Assembly (NCBI RefSeq): GCF_018350175.1
Contig: NC_058368.1
Coordinates: forward strand, 28,646,001 to 28,710,000
Direction: 5' to 3'
Origin: Felis catus
Lineage: Eukaryota
Length of the DNA stretch: 64,000 nucleotides
The first letter of the stretch is position 1. Each line of letters opens with the position of its first letter. The notes below the pieces were generated by a model. That model saw only the letters and a program-made list of their open reading frames with translations. It made no database searches and was not told the DNA's origin. Position numbers and translations under genes: made by a program. Positions 49,311 through 63,460 of the stretch are shown here, piece by piece.

Positions 49311-51467
49311 AAGAAACTGTGAGTTTTACAGATCAACTCCTTGTTCTGGTTGTTAGGTTGAAAGTAAAATTCTGTTGCAATTCTCTTCATCCTAACTAGA
49401 AGTGGTAGTCAGGAACATTTATTTTTAATATTTATTATTTAATGATTATACCTAATCATATTATTATACTTGGTAGGTTTTCTGGGGGTAGGACTAGGGA
49501 CTTAAATCTTGAACAAGTTGTTATGTTTACCCAGAGAAAAATTAACAAAATAGATTTAAAACACCTTACATGATACTGGTATGTGATAATTGAAGAAAAC
49601 ACTCATTTTTTCCCCCTGATTCCTGGATCTTATCTTATTATGAATGTAGCTAACTTTTATAATTAACTTTTAAAGTGAGGAATAACATCCACTCTTGATA
49701 GATGATAGGAAGACTGATACATAGTTTGGGTTCTATATGGAAACATCTATTTGAGAGGGGGAGGATTAGGTTTAAAATTTTGTCTGTACTGTTTCCTAGA
49801 TAAGAATTTCTTTCCTTCTTTTTCTTTTCTTTCTTTATGTTGTTTTTTTTTTTTTAGATGTGTGAATTTCTGTAGTCATTTAACTGCTCCAGATTTCCTT
49901 GACATTATGGGAACGATCATTTCAACCTTATGGATATACTGTAAGGATTGAATGAAATAGCTTATGTGACATGCATGGCATCGTGCCTGGCACATGGTGC
50001 TCAATAACTATATGAGTCCCTGACACAACCATTTCCTCAGTCTTCTGATTGTGTTCCTTCTCATTTCCCCATTATCCCATGTCTGTAACACAGTTGTGTA
50101 TGGTTATTACTAAAGGCTGCTATGATTCTGCTTAAGAGATATGCTAAAAATATTTTCATCGTCATTTATAGTCTTACCCTTAAAAAAATGAATCTGGAAT
50201 GCATCTTCTCTAGATTTGATTTTGAATTTGCTCCTACTTAGGTCGTTTCCAGAATCACACATGGTGATGGTAGGCTCTTCAAAAAAGCTTCAATATTCTT
50301 TTAAAGGCAAACACTTCATGTGTTTACAGTGTGGAAAGAATGTTGGCCTTTCAAGTCTCACCTAGACAGGAAGCATCGTCATTGCCTGACAGCTCTCAGC
50401 AGGGGATAGCACTATCCTTCTCTTCTTTTAACTTAAACTAAGATGCCATAGTCTCCCTCCTCTTGGGGGTCTGCTGAAATATTTTATTGAAGCCCAAATG
50501 CTAAGTTATTTGGGGGATCTTCTTATTAAGTAAGAGAATGTATAATAAGACTATACTAGCTTTAAGGATTCAAGGGATCTTAGTAATAATATCAATTTTA
50601 AGACTTATATGCTTTGAATGCATGTAGTTTCATGTTTTGCAAATGACTGGGGGGCAATACAGCAGTGGCTGACTCAAATCAAGTTCCAAGTATAAACGAT
50701 ATCTGTTTTTAAATATAGCAAAACTATAAATTGCCACCAAAAACCCCAGAAAAGCAAACAAAGAAAAACCCTCAACATTTTCTGGCTTTATATACTTATG
50801 ATTTTTATTGCTGTTTTCATACATCTCTTATGTGTCAAAATTTTTCATTTCTTTTGTGTTTAGTTATTAGTAGCTTTCCCTTTGAAATTTATCAGAAGAG
50901 AATTTATATTGAAAACTGTTGGATGGTGTGTAGGCTCCAACTTTCATTTTCTGTGCTTGCTATCCATTCATCATTGTTCCCACCATATTCATAATAAAAG
51001 TATCCTTAGATATATTATTGTTTGTATTTCAAAATGATGGTAGCATGTTTTACCCACTAGGAAATACTAACATTGTCTCTACTAGTCTTTTGTATGAGCA
51101 ACGGTACCCATATATAAGGAAAAGACTATTTGGAGTTTGTTTAACTTGAAGTGGGAAAAATGGCTGAGCTAATAAGTCAACCCAAATCTTACATACCCAC
51201 GTAAGCATTACATGTTGCTACATATTTATTAGGTTAGATATATTTATTTATTAATGAAACATGTTTTTGTGCATCTACTTACTATATTAGGTTCAAATAT
51301 CATATTCTTTGAAATATTTCTCCCTCTCTCAGACTATTTCCAAGATGGGAAACTTATAATTCTTTGACTTCACTCTTGCTATTACATGACTGATTAGAGA
51401 TTATGGGTTTTTGGCTATGAGAGAACGTTGATAGGTTTTTTTTTTACCTCTTTTGGAGTTACTTTTT

Positions 51468-51689
51468 ATTTTTATTTATATATTTTTTTAACATTTATTT
51501 TTTGAGAGTCAGAGAGAGACAGAGCACAAGCAGGGCAGGTGCAGAGAGAGGGAGACACAGAATTGGAAGCAGGCTCCAGGCTCTGAGCTGTCAGCACAGA
51601 GCCCGACGCGGGGCTCGAATCCACAAAGTGTGAGATCATGACCCAAGCCAAAGTCGGTCGCTTAACCGACTGAGCCACCCAGGTGCCCC
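51468..51689 (-). mobile_element. Felid SINE
   Basis: TSD TCTTTTGGAGTTACTTTTT at 51449-51467 and 51690-51708. Confidence 0.93.
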
Positions 51690-51718
51690 TCTTTTGGAGT
51701 TACTTTTTAAAATATTTT

Positions 51719-51873
51719 GGGGCACCTGGGTGACTCAGTGAAGCATCTTACTCTTGATTTTGGTTCAGGTCATGAACTTGCGGCTTGTGAGTTTACGCCC
51801 TGTATCAGGCTCCATGCTGATAGTGCAGAACTTGCTTGGGATCCTCTCTCTCTCCTTCTGTCTCTGCCCCTCC

Positions 51874-51942
<69 letters not shown>

Positions 51943-51949
51943 CTTCAAA
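51719..51949 (+). mobile_element. CanSINE with long (CT)n
   Basis: TSD AAAATATTTT at 51709-51718 and 51950-51959. Confidence 0.9.
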
Positions 51950-51969
51950 AAAATATTTTAAAATATTTT

Positions 51970-52249
51970 GACAAAACAGATGAACATAGGGGAAGGGAAG
52001 GAAAAATAAGTGAAAACAGAAAGGGAGGAAACCATAAGTTCCTCTTAAATACAGAGAACAAACTGAGGATTGCTGGAGGGGAGGTGGGGGGGGGCTAAAT
52101 GGGTGATGGGCATTAAGGAGGGTACTTGTGATGAGCACTGGGTGTTATCTGTAAGTGATGAATCACTAAGTTCTATACCTGAAATCAATATTACACTATA
52201 TGTTAACGAACTTGGATTTAAATAAAAATCAATAAGTAAATAAGTAAAT
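51970..52249 (+). mobile_element. Short carnivore L1 3'UTR fragment
   Basis: Reverse-complement similarity to the 3'UTR near 37600-37850, with an A-rich tail. TSD AATATTTTAAAATATTTT at 51952-51969 and 52250-52267. Confidence 0.85.
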
Positions 52250-52864
52250 AATATTTTAAAATATTTTCAAAACAGTGTTTTGTTGAAGTTTGATACCCTC
52301 TTACTTTCCTATCCATATTTATGCTTCATTTCAGCTCTTCGTGTTTGGGTATTCAATATTTTGTTAAGGAAAGGAACTTTAGCAATTATTATCCTCTCTA
52401 AAACTCATTTCATAACCAGGAAAATAGGACCACAAGAAAGAGGTCGGAAGACTAATTAATTAATTAGTAGCAAAGCCCAGATTCCCTGACTTCCGTTTGG
52501 TTTTCCTTTTATAGTTTGGCACAGTATCTCTGGCTACTTTTCTTTAGAATAAGTCCTGTAATGAAAAGAAGAATGGTATGTTAGATAATTCTTTTGGAAT
52601 TTAAGAGTGTGAAAAATATTGAAAAAATTGAAATCGCTGAGACATGGCAGTCATATTTTATTTCTTTTTCAGAGTTATTCAGAGCACTGAAAATCAACTG
52701 TTGTCTTTTAGTAGTGAAGAAATAAAAATCACAATGTTGGACCACGAACCCTGATATTCATATATAACATCTATTTGATAGAAGTAGTAGAAATCCTGTT
52801 AGCTGGCAGAGATGCAATAGACTGAGAATATTCTTAAGTGGAAATCTAAAAGTCAATTTATGTA

Positions 52865-53056
52865 TTTATTTAAAATGTTTATTTATTTTTGAGAGAGCGT
52901 GAGTGGGGAAGGGGTAGAGAAAGAGGGGGACGGAAGATCCGAGCAGGCTCTGTGCTGATAGCAGTGAGCCCGATGTGGGGGTCGAACTCAGGAACCCGGA
53001 GATCATGACCTGAGCCGAAGTCAGACCCTCAACCAACTGAGCCACCCAGGCGCCCT
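52865..53056 (-). mobile_element. CanSINE
   Basis: Reverse head gagccacccaggcgccc. Confidence 0.88.
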
Positions 53057-54499
53057 TAAAATTCGGTTTAAAACTACGTGAAAACAGCATTACTTACGAA
53101 AGCAAAATTTCTTAATTCCTTGGCCATCTGATTGAGCTGACAAATATATTTTGTAGTCTGTTGTCTGCTTCTCATTGAACTATTTCTGTCTTCACAGTGT
53201 TGGGCACAGCAGGGTGTCTTTCTAGCTGCAGCATCTAGCCCAGTCCAGTGCCTGGCACAAAGCAGACAAAGGAGTTGTACTGTTCTTCAGTTGTTTTATT
53301 ATCTAGGTCTTGTCACCTCCTGCCTTGACCATTATAACTCCCACTTATCGTCTTAGTCTCTAGTCTCTTCCCTGCAAGTGCTGAAGTGGATAATTGAAGA
53401 TTTTTGCTTTTTTTGTCTGAAAAGTGAATCTCAAGGCTTAGATGAAATTGTCAGCTGTTGAAAAGGGGTTCCTTCATGTTTTTGTTCTTGAAGTTAAACT
53501 ATATTGAGTCAAGCCGGTATTTCTTTTAGTGTTTGCCTTAAGAGGTGACGCTCCAGGGCGGCAGGTTTTCAATAGATGCCTTCAAAGTCATCTTCAGAGT
53601 TGTATTTCTGCTTCCTTACATAATCTTCTTGCTGCAGTCAGCGGACCAATTATATGTGAGGTCATTTAAGGTTTACTGGACACACTGAACTTTTATGCAA
53701 GCAATTAGCACCCACAAAGGTTTTCTGCAAGAAGTACAACATCGTACTCTTAAAATGATGGTTTTTGGCATAAAGTCAACAGTGTGAAAGGTTTTATGGG
53801 GGAGGGGGGACATTTGTAAATAATTTTAAGAGGTTTGAGAAATTCATCAGCATGTAAATGACAGAATAGCATGGGGAATCTATGCCATTTTTGTGTCTGT
53901 AGATAATGTGGAACAATCATTGTGGCACTTGTCAGTTTTAATGAATGACTGACAAAGCTTACACATAAGGCCTCCAGGAAGGTGTTAACTAAGGTTCCCT
54001 TACAGAACAGAAACTTATTATACAGAACTTAGAGAGCAGAGCCTCCAGTCCTTAAGATTTGCCCTATTTTCAATAGCACAGTAATTGCCACTCATTACAT
54101 GAAAATTTACTTGGAGAAAAGGATTTAATTTGAGATTTCTTTATATAAAATAGAGCCTTCAAAGGGGAGTGTCCCATCAACTTTTCAAGCTCTGTAATAT
54201 GACCTGAAGTCTTCTCCAGCTTCTCTACAGCAATCTTTATTCAGTGCCTAAATTTTCTTTAATCTTCTTTCTCTTGGGCACCACACTGAAGATAACATTT
54301 CTTGATGCATTTTGTTGCTTTTTATTTTCTGTTTAATGAATGTTGTTGCTTTCTGCAACTTTCATGGCAGATGTACAATTTTTGAACTGTGTAATATATA
54401 GTCTTCTTCAGGTGTATGTGGTAATACTTTAACCGTCACTTATGACATTATTTGAATGAAAAAATGAATTCAAATAGTAAACCCCTGGCTTAAAACTCA

Positions 54500-55420
54500 C
54501 ATTTTAGTGGCTATCTAACACATGTGATAGAGGATTAATACCCTCAATAGACAAATATATCTTACAAATTGATGAGAAACACCATATCATCCAGTGGAAA
54601 ATAGGCAAAGGATTTAAATAAGCATGGCACAGGAGAGGAAATCCAAAGGACCAATAAGTATATGAACATATGTTCTAACCCTGCTTAATAGTTAGAGAGA
54701 TGTAAATTATGCAATAAGATGTCAATTCTATGCATCACCTGGGCCAAAATTCAAAAGTATTATAATGTCAAGTAACTACAAGGTTGCAGGGAAACGGTGT
54801 TGTCGTTCGTTGTTGGTAGAAGTCTGAGTTCATATGGCTTCTTTGGAAAGTAATATTGTGGTAGCTATTACAATTAAAAATATTATATACCTTTGGATGT
54901 AGCAGTTTCTTTTTCAGGTTGTATTCATTAAAGAAAAAAATCAGTATATAAAGGATATTTGTACATAATATATATTCCAGCATTTTGGTGTTATTGATAG
55001 TGACCAAAACTAGAGGCAATGAGTGTATCAGTAGAGAATGGTTGAATAAATTATTGCTTACCCATATTATGGAATCTTCTGCAGCTGTTAAAAAAGAATA
55101 TATTTATATCTGTGGACCTTGAGATGTCTATACCATATTAAGCAAAAATTATAGATTGCAGAGTAGTATATAAAGTATGATACTATTTTTTTTAAACAAC
55201 TTAAACACCTTTTGCAGGTGTATTGTATGTCTTTCTGTATACAGAGAACAGTGTGGAAGGCTATACTCCAGGTTTGAGTTTTATGGGGGGGCATTGGGTT
55301 AGGAGTATGGCCAGGAATGATAGGGATCAAGAGAGATAATTTTTCTTTTTACATTTTTGGATTTTTTTTCTTTGTTATAGTAAGCATATATTGGATTGTA
55401 ATTTTAAAAATAGTTAATAA
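54500..55420 (+). mobile_element. Ancient L1ME-type 3' region
   Basis: Degenerate ORF2 3' end (ggaaaataggcaaaggatttaaataagca...gaaatccaaaggaccaataag). Confidence 0.65.
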
Positions 55421-57347
55421 AACCCTCATGTTTAAAGTGAAACCTGATTAAGGAATACATCTATTATAATTGCTTTTTCTGTGACCTGACTCATAAAAAT
55501 AAAAAGTTCATGCTGTATGCTTAAATAACTTGGACTCATTTGACAGGACCTAGAAATTCTTGGATCTTCTGAGATGTGTTTATAACTAAAGGTTATTCCT
55601 TTGGTTTCATTTTATGTTTTTGGTTGTTGTAAGTCTTGTGATGAATATGACTAGCTACACTAAGACCAACAAAGATGTCTTCAGTGAATTATCACAGTGT
55701 AACAGTATCTTATGGATAAGAACTTTATAAGAAGCTGAGTTGCAAATTGAATTTTGGGGTTAAATTGTGATCTATTGATTAGTCAAAACATTCTAATATA
55801 TGTTATGTATCATATTACAACTTATTCTGTGTATCACAGTTATTCTCTGCTTCCCGTTTGGCTGTTATTACTTTGCAATGTGGTTTTTCAAAAGAAATAT
55901 AACTTTTTGTTCCTATTACAAAAATAAAACATCATCAATACAGAGAACCTGGGATACTGAGAAACGAAAGGATAAAACTGAAATCATTTATAAGAACATT
56001 GTTGACATTTCAATGTGTTATTCTAGTCTTTTAAAAATAATATTAGTATAATTTACATACAATAAATTTCACATAGTTAAATGTGCAGTTTCACAAGTTT
56101 TGACATAAGTATGTAACCATGAGACATCACCGTAGTCAAAATATTGATCAAATAAATTCATCACCCCCCAAAGTGTACCTGTGCCTCTTTAGAATATCCC
56201 CTGGTTCCTCCTTTTTCTGGGAATGACTCATCTGCTTTGTAGATATATTCAGATTTCCTAGAATTTTATATAAATAGAATTCTGTAATATATACTCAATT
56301 TTTGTCTAATTTCTATCACTTCGCATCATTATTTTGAGATTCATGTTGCGTGTGTCAATAGTTTATAACTTTTTATTGCTGCTTAGTATTTCATTGTATG
56401 GAAATAATTGCAGTTTGTTCATTCATTCATCTGTTGATGGACATCAGTGTTATTATTTTGAAGCTCTTGAAACAAAGCTGCACTGAGCATTCATGTATAA
56501 GTCTTTATATGGCCATAGTACTTCTTTTTTTCTTGTGTAAATACCTAGGAGTAGAATGGCTGTATCACACAGAAGATGTTTAACTTTTCAAGAAACTACC
56601 ATTCTGTTTTCCAAAGTAGTTGTGTCATTTTCTATTTCTTCCAGCGATGTGTGAGAGTTCCAGTTCTTCCACATTCTTGCTAGCTCTTGGTATGGTCAGT
56701 CTTTTTAATTTCAGCCATTCTGATAGGTATGTAATGGTATCTCATAGTGATTTTAATTTGCATTTCCTAGTGACTACAGATGTTTAACACTTATTTATGT
56801 GCTTACTTGCCATCTGTATATCTTTGGTGAAGTGTCTGTTTAAATCTTCTGCCCACTTTTTTATTAGGATGTTTGTGTTCTTTTGAGATTTGAGATTTCT
56901 TCATACATTCTGGGTAAAAGAAATTTATCAGATATAAGATGTACACGTATTTTCTTTCAGTCAGTGACTTGTCTTTTAATTTTTTTTAATTGTATCTTTT
57001 GAAGAGCAGGTGTTTTAAATTTTAGTGAAGTCCAGTTTATCAGTTTTTACCTTTATGTATTGGGGTTTTGGTATCATACCTAAGAAATCTTTGTCTAACC
57101 AAAGATCATAAAGATTTTCTTCTTTTTTTTTTTCCCTAAATGTCTTCACAGTTGTATACATAATTTACATTTTGGTCTATTATCTATTTTAAGTTAATTT
57201 ATTATATATGGTATGGGTCAAAGGTCATTTTATATAAGTATGGATCAAAGTTCATTTTTTGCATATAGATATCTAATTGTTTCAGCACCGGTTGCTTAAA
57301 AGACTCTCATTGTCCCACTGAATTGCCTTTGTACCTTTGTTCGAAAT

Positions 57348-57423
57348 CAGTTGTCCATATATATTGTGAATCCGTTTCTAAACTGCAGTTGTCCATATAT
57401 ATTGTGAATCCGTTTCTAAACTG
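57348..57423. repeat. Perfect 38-bp tandem duplication
   Basis: CAGTTGTCCATATATATTGTGAATCCGTTTCTAAACTG twice. Confidence 0.95.
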
Positions 57424-58526
57424 TTCCATTGATCTCTTAGTGTGTCTTGACACCAAAGTCTCACTATCTTGATTAATATGGTGTTACAATAAGTCTTCAG
57501 ATCAGGTAATGTTCGTCTTCCATCTTTGCTTTTTTACAAAGATCTGGGCTATTCTAGGTCCTCTGCATCTATATGATTTTAGAATCAGCTTGTCAGTTTC
57601 CACAAAAAAAGAACTGTTGGGATTGGGAGTGCATTGAATCCATTAGTCATTTTGGAGACACTTGATATCTTAATAATATTGAGCTTTCCAATCCATAAAG
57701 GTGTATCTCTCCATTATTTGGATCTGCTTTAATTTCTTTCAGCAGTGTTTTGTTGTTTTCAGTGTACAGGTCTAGCATATATTTTGTCAGAGTCATCATT
57801 CAAGTATTTATTTTTTAATGTTATTGTAAGTGGTATTGTTTTTTAATTTCAACGTAGAAGTACAATTGATTTTGTATATTGATCTTGTATCTTGGCACCT
57901 TGCTAAACTCACTTGTTCTATAACTTGTTTTGGTAGATTTCATCACAGTTTCCGTATAAACAATTCTGTTATATATAAATAAAGGAAATGCTACTTCTTT
58001 CTAATCTGGAAGGTGTGGTTTTTTTGTTTTTTGTTTTTGTTTTGGCCTTACTGTATTTGTTGGTACCTCCAGTAAATGTTGAATAGAAGTGGTCAGAGGA
58101 AGGAATATTATTGTCTTATTTCTCATCTTGGGAGAAAGCATTGAGCCTTTTACTCTGACGTATGATAGGCATAGATGTTTCATATTCATTGTGTATCAAG
58201 ATGATTAAGTTTTCTCCCATTTGTGCTTTGCTTAGAGATGATTAGAGATGATTAGAGATGATTAATTAGAAACCTATATTCTATTTTGTCATGTTTTTTC
58301 TGTGTTCTTGGACATGATAATGTGGTTTTTCTTTTTTAGTTTGTTAATATGATGAATTATATTTGATTGATTTTTAAGTGTTAAGGTAACTTTGCACTAC
58401 TGAAGTAAATCCTACTTGATTGTATTGTGTTGTTGGTTTTACATATTATTGGTTTTAGTTTAAGAAAATTTTGTTTGGAATTTTTGCATCTGTATTTCTG
58501 AAGGATATTGATCTGCAGCTTTCTTT

Positions 58527-58884
58527 TCATCTTAGATCCAGCGGCTCTAACAAAGCATCATAGTTTGGGTGGCTTGTAAAAAAAACCTGAAATTTATTTC
58601 CCATAGTTATGGAGGCTGGAAGTCTGGAATCAGGGCACCAGTATGGTAGGGTTCTGGCAAGGCCCTCTCCTTGGTTGTGAACTGCTGACCTCTTGTATCC
58701 ACACATGGCCAAAAGCGTGGAGAGACAGAGAAAGCTTCTGTGTCTTTTCTTATAAGGGTATTAATCCCATTTATGAGGGCTTCCAATCACCTCCCAAAGG
58801 CCCCGCCTGATACTACTGATCATATTGGGAGTCAGGACTTAAACATGGGAATTCTGGAGGAGCACGAACATCCAGTCCATAATA
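58527..58884 (-). mobile_element. MLT1A-like MaLR solo LTR
   Basis: aaatttatttcccatagttatggaggctggaagtc...tcttataaggg...taatcccatt...aatcacctcccaaaggcccc...cagtccataata. Confidence 0.8.
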
Positions 58885-59415
58885 CCTTCCTTGTGATATC
58901 TTTGTCAAATTTTGGTATTCAGGCAATGATGGTCTTATAGAATGAATTGGGAAGTATTTACTTCTTTCCGTTTTCTGACTGAGTTTGTATAAAATTGGCA
59001 ATTTCCTTAAATGTTTGGTAGGCTTCACCTTGAAGCAGTCTTGGCTTGGGGTTTTCTTTGTGGGAAGGTTATTCACTAATTCAATTTCTTCGTTAGATAT
59101 GGTTATTGGGGTTACCTTTTCTTATGTTAGCTAAAAAAAAGCTGAATTTTTAAAGGAATTTGTCTTTCAAGGAATTTGTCCATTTCATCTAAGTCTTGGA
59201 ATGTATTGGCATAAACTTTTTCACAATATTCACTAATTCTCCTTTTAATATTTGTAGTATCTGTACTTCATGTCAACCCCAATCTCATATTCCTGATTTT
59301 GGAAATTTGTATCTTCTCTCTTTCCTGATTAGTCTTTCCTGATTGGTCAATTTTATTGATTTTGTCAAAGAACTTTCTTTCAGTTTCACTGATTTTTAAA
59401 AAATTATTTTGTTTT

Positions 59416-59556
59416 GGGGCACCTGGGTGGCTCAGTCGGTTAAGCGTCCAACTTTGGCTCAGGTCATGATCCCACGGTCCATGGTTCGAGCCCTGCATCA
59501 GGCTCTGTGTGGACAACTCAGAACCTGGAGCTTGCTTCAGATTATGTGTCTCCCTT

Positions 59557-59592
<36 letters not shown>

Positions 59593-59678
59593 CCTTTCTC
59601 TCCCTCTCTCTGCCCCTCCCCTACTCACGCTCTATCTCCCTCTATTTCAAATATGGATAATAAAACCTTAAAAAAAAT
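59416..59678 (+). mobile_element. Felid SINE
   Basis: TSD AAAAATTATTTTGTTTT. Confidence 0.9.
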
Positions 59679-59819
59679 TAAAAATTATTTTGTTTTCTAT
59701 TTCATTGATTTAAGTTCTGATTAGTAGAATTTCATTTCTTGGGGTTTCACTTGCTCTTCTTTTTCTAGTATCTTAAGGCAGAAGCTGATACCATTAACTT
59801 GAAGTCCTCCTTTTTCTGT

Positions 59820-60001
59820 ATTTTTTAATGTTTATTTTTGATAGAGAGAGACAGAACGTAAGGGAGGGGCAGAAAGGGGGAGACACAGACTCTGGAGCAG
59901 GATCCAGGCTCAGAGCTGTCAGCCCAGAGCCTGGCTCAAACCCATGGACCATGAGATCATGAAAGTCAGACGCTTAACTGACTGAGCCACCCAGGCTCCC
60001 C
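59820..60001 (-). mobile_element. CanSINE
   Basis: Reverse head and T-rich tail. Confidence 0.85.
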
Positions 60002-60319
60002 AATCCTTCCTTTTTCTCAATACAGGCATTTAGTACTATAAAATTTCCCCTAAGTACTGCTTTAGTGGCATGCCATAAATTTTGATATATTGTGGTTTCA
60101 CCTTTGTTCAGCTCAAAATGCTTGGCAATTTCCCTTTGGATTTCTTCTTTGACCCATGCGCTATTTACAAGTGTGCTGTTTAGTTTCTAAATATTTGGAG
60201 ATTTTCCCAAAGATCTTTTTATTATTAATTTCTAATTTAATTTAATTTTGGTCAGAGAACATAATTTTATGAGTCGAATCTTATAAATGTACCCAATATT
60301 TTTTAAAATGACTGTATTT

Positions 60320-60724
60320 TGGAGTGCCTTGGGCTCAATTGGTTAAGCCAATGACTTGGTTTTGGCTCAGGTCATGATCTCACAGTTTGTGAGTTTGAGC
60401 CCTGTGTTGGGCTCTGTGCTGAGAGCATGAAGCCTACTTGGGATTGATTCTCTGTCTCTTTCTCTCTGCCCTTCCTCTGCTCTCACTCTGTCTCTCAAAA
60501 ATATAATAAACTTCAAAATAAAAATAAAAATGACAGTATTTTGTGGGGCACCTGGGTGGCTCAGACAGTTAAGCATCATGCTTTAGCTCAGTCATGATCT
60601 CACAGGTCGTGGGTTTGAGCCCCTCATCGGCTTTCTGCTGTCATCACAGAGCCTGTTTCAAATCATCTATTCCCCTCTCTCTCTGCCCCTTCCCCCCGCT
60701 CTCAAAAATAAAACATTTAAAAAA
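60320..60724 (+). mobile_element. Two tandem CanSINEs
   Basis: Two heads (~60320 and ~60545); AAAATGAC(T/A)GTATTTTG-like sequence recurs at the junctions. Confidence 0.85.
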
Positions 60725-63239
60725 TGACTATTTGCATACATCATTTAAGAAAATATTCTTTGTTGCTATTTTGTGACCACGTCCACAAAAACCATGTATG
60801 ATATAAATTTTCTTGTGTCAAGTATTTTCTAAAACTTGACTTTAAAAAAGTAACTTAGCTTTTTGTGTGTGGAAATAATACATTTATATGGTTCAGAAGT
60901 CAAAATAATATAAAAAACTGTACATTGAGGAATCTCAGTTTCATTCCTATTTTCATCTACATTACTTGCCATGTTATTAGTTTTAGGGGTATCTTTCCTG
61001 TATTTTTCTATGCAAGTACAAGAAACACACGCATATATATTCTAACATCTCAACACAAAAAATAAACAACTTGACACTTAATCATTGTGTATGGATATGC
61101 TTTAATGTATTTAATGTATATTGATGTGTTTTTCAAGTTTTAAGAAAAACTGAATAACTTCTCTATGCTGAGTACTGTGCTGGCCAATATTGTACTTCTC
61201 ATTTAATTTTGATTACAGCTATATTGGATCAGACTCCTCAGTCTACATTATAGATGAATGGCTTTATGTAAACTGAGGCTCTCTATATATGCAGTGGTTT
61301 CCTTTCACACATTCAGAGGACCTTTTGTATTCATTTTGCTGTTCTTGGTGCTAAGCATATATAGTAGATCCTTAATAAATGTAGCTGTGTGAATGATGTA
61401 ATTTCTTAGTTCAGTTAGCCCGTGTGGTAAATAACGAGGACTTAAGTTCTAAACATAACTGTATTGTGTCCCCTCCTCTCATGTTTTCTCCCTTGTCCAT
61501 TATATCCAAGTACAGAATGATATATGATAGGTAGGTGACAGTTTAGTAAATGAGCATGTACTTGCAGTGAGATTCGTTGTGATTCTTTTGAAATCTCTCA
61601 TTGTGATGAGGTAGCAGGAGTGAATGCAGGGGAGTGTGGCAGGCCTGTGTTGAGATTCTTTCTGAACTATTTTGTAGGACGACTATGGTGAATAAGATGA
61701 AATGCCATGAGAAGGTGCCTGACATAAGCTCTACTAGTCAGGGATATGGTAAATACCGGGTTCATTCTCCTTTATCTCTTCGGGGTGGGCTGTATGTAGG
61801 TCCAGAAGGTAGTTTGAGTATAAACTCGGAAGCCCATTCATTACCACCGAGTCCACACTGTACAGCCTGCTATCTAGGACACACACCAGGTAGAGGACTT
61901 TGCAGGCGAGGATAAGGCTTCAATATCCTTCCATTCGTGGTTCTCACTGGCTGAGGGGTTTGACATGGTGCTTTACCTGTAATCCTCATACTAGCCGTTC
62001 TTGATAAGTATTATTACCTTTATTTTGAAAATAAGAAAAGCCCGGAAGATTCAGAATTCTTGTCCAAGGACACTGATAAAGGACAGGATGAGAAATCACA
62101 ACTAGATCTGTTTGGCTTCAAAGGCTTTTTTTTTTTTTTTTCCTCCATTATATTATGTTTCCTCTTTGGATGCTTAGGAAACACCACTAGTTTTAAAGGA
62201 TTTATTATAATGGGATGAGAACTTAGCATAATTTTCTGAAATGTTAATTTTAATCTTTATATATATGACAAATTGAAGTCTGTGGAGGGAGAAAATCATA
62301 ATTTGGATTACTTTAATAGACTTATTTTAAAGTCCTTGAATACGCCCGGGCAAAAATAGTACACATTTTTTTTTAAAACAAGTATCGGCTAGGGATTGAA
62401 TAAGGAATGTAGCCCAACATGAACCAGATGTTTGATTTTTACATAGAGAAGGAAATGTTAGACTATAGGATCAAGCTCTCCGGTATTATTTGGACATCAG
62501 TTTATCATTATGTGGACTCCTGGAAGGTAGCATCTTGTGCCTGAAAACAATGAAGTCAGGGATTTCTCTTGCGCACAGGGCTGTGTTTATATTAGGTTAT
62601 GCGTGGCAGTTTGGCAGTTTGTTTTGCAGATGTTCGTAATGTACAGTCTTACATCTTGTTTCTATTTCTAGAATGCTTTTAAGTATGACTCATGTTTTCT
62701 TGAGGCCATCCTAAAAATACAGCTAGTTTCAAGCATTAATGTAAAATACACCACAGACACCACACGGCACTACATAATGCGTTCTCTCAGTAGTTTAATG
62801 TAATTTTTTGACAAATTAAATATTTTCTTTGACAAAATATACTATCCTAAAATATGAGCAAGTGGAAATGGGAGGTTTTTTAGAGAAACAGCCCTCTCAT
62901 AACATAATGTAAAATAAAATGAATTAGAAATTTCAATAAAAGGAGAAAAACAGGGTATCATTGACATCCTCAAAAACCAAGAAATAAAATTAATGGCCAG
63001 AAAAGCAACTCCATTAAGTTCGATGGAGCCCCCATGAGGCACACACTTGTAGGGAAATTCTTGGATCTGAAGGTAGAGCCTGTTAAAAAGATTTTGGAGG
63101 GGCAATAGGACATCACGGCTATAGTGTAAACTTTGAACTCAAACGCTGAGATCTAAGTCTTGGTTTATGCACATACAAACTGTGAACACCTCAAGAACTT
63201 TGATTTTCTTATTTGAAAAATGTAGGGAATGAATATTTA

Positions 63240-63460
63240 ATGAAGTGCTTGTATGACACTTAACTATTATCAGTCACTGTTCTAAATGCCTAGCTTAATC
63301 CTCATAATAACCTTATAAGTAGGTACATTTATTATATCTGTTATACAGATGGAGAACCTGAACACAGAGAGTTTAAATAGCTGATTAAGTTTACATAGCT
63401 GGTAAACAGCAGAGTTGGGATTTGAGCAGTCTGGCTTGATTCCGTATCTGTACACAGTAT
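63240..63460. mobile_element. MIR
   Basis: taatcctcataataacctta...tacagatggagaacctgaacacagagagtttaaatagc MIR core. Confidence 0.7.

Larger units (their letters stand above)
56030..60300 (-). mobile_element. Old L1M element (ORF2 to 3'UTR) interrupted by an MLT1A LTR and SINEs
   Basis: Continuous reverse ORF2 homology (NNLPTKKTPSQD, FFDKINKID) and 3'UTR signature near 56030-56400. Confidence 0.8.
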
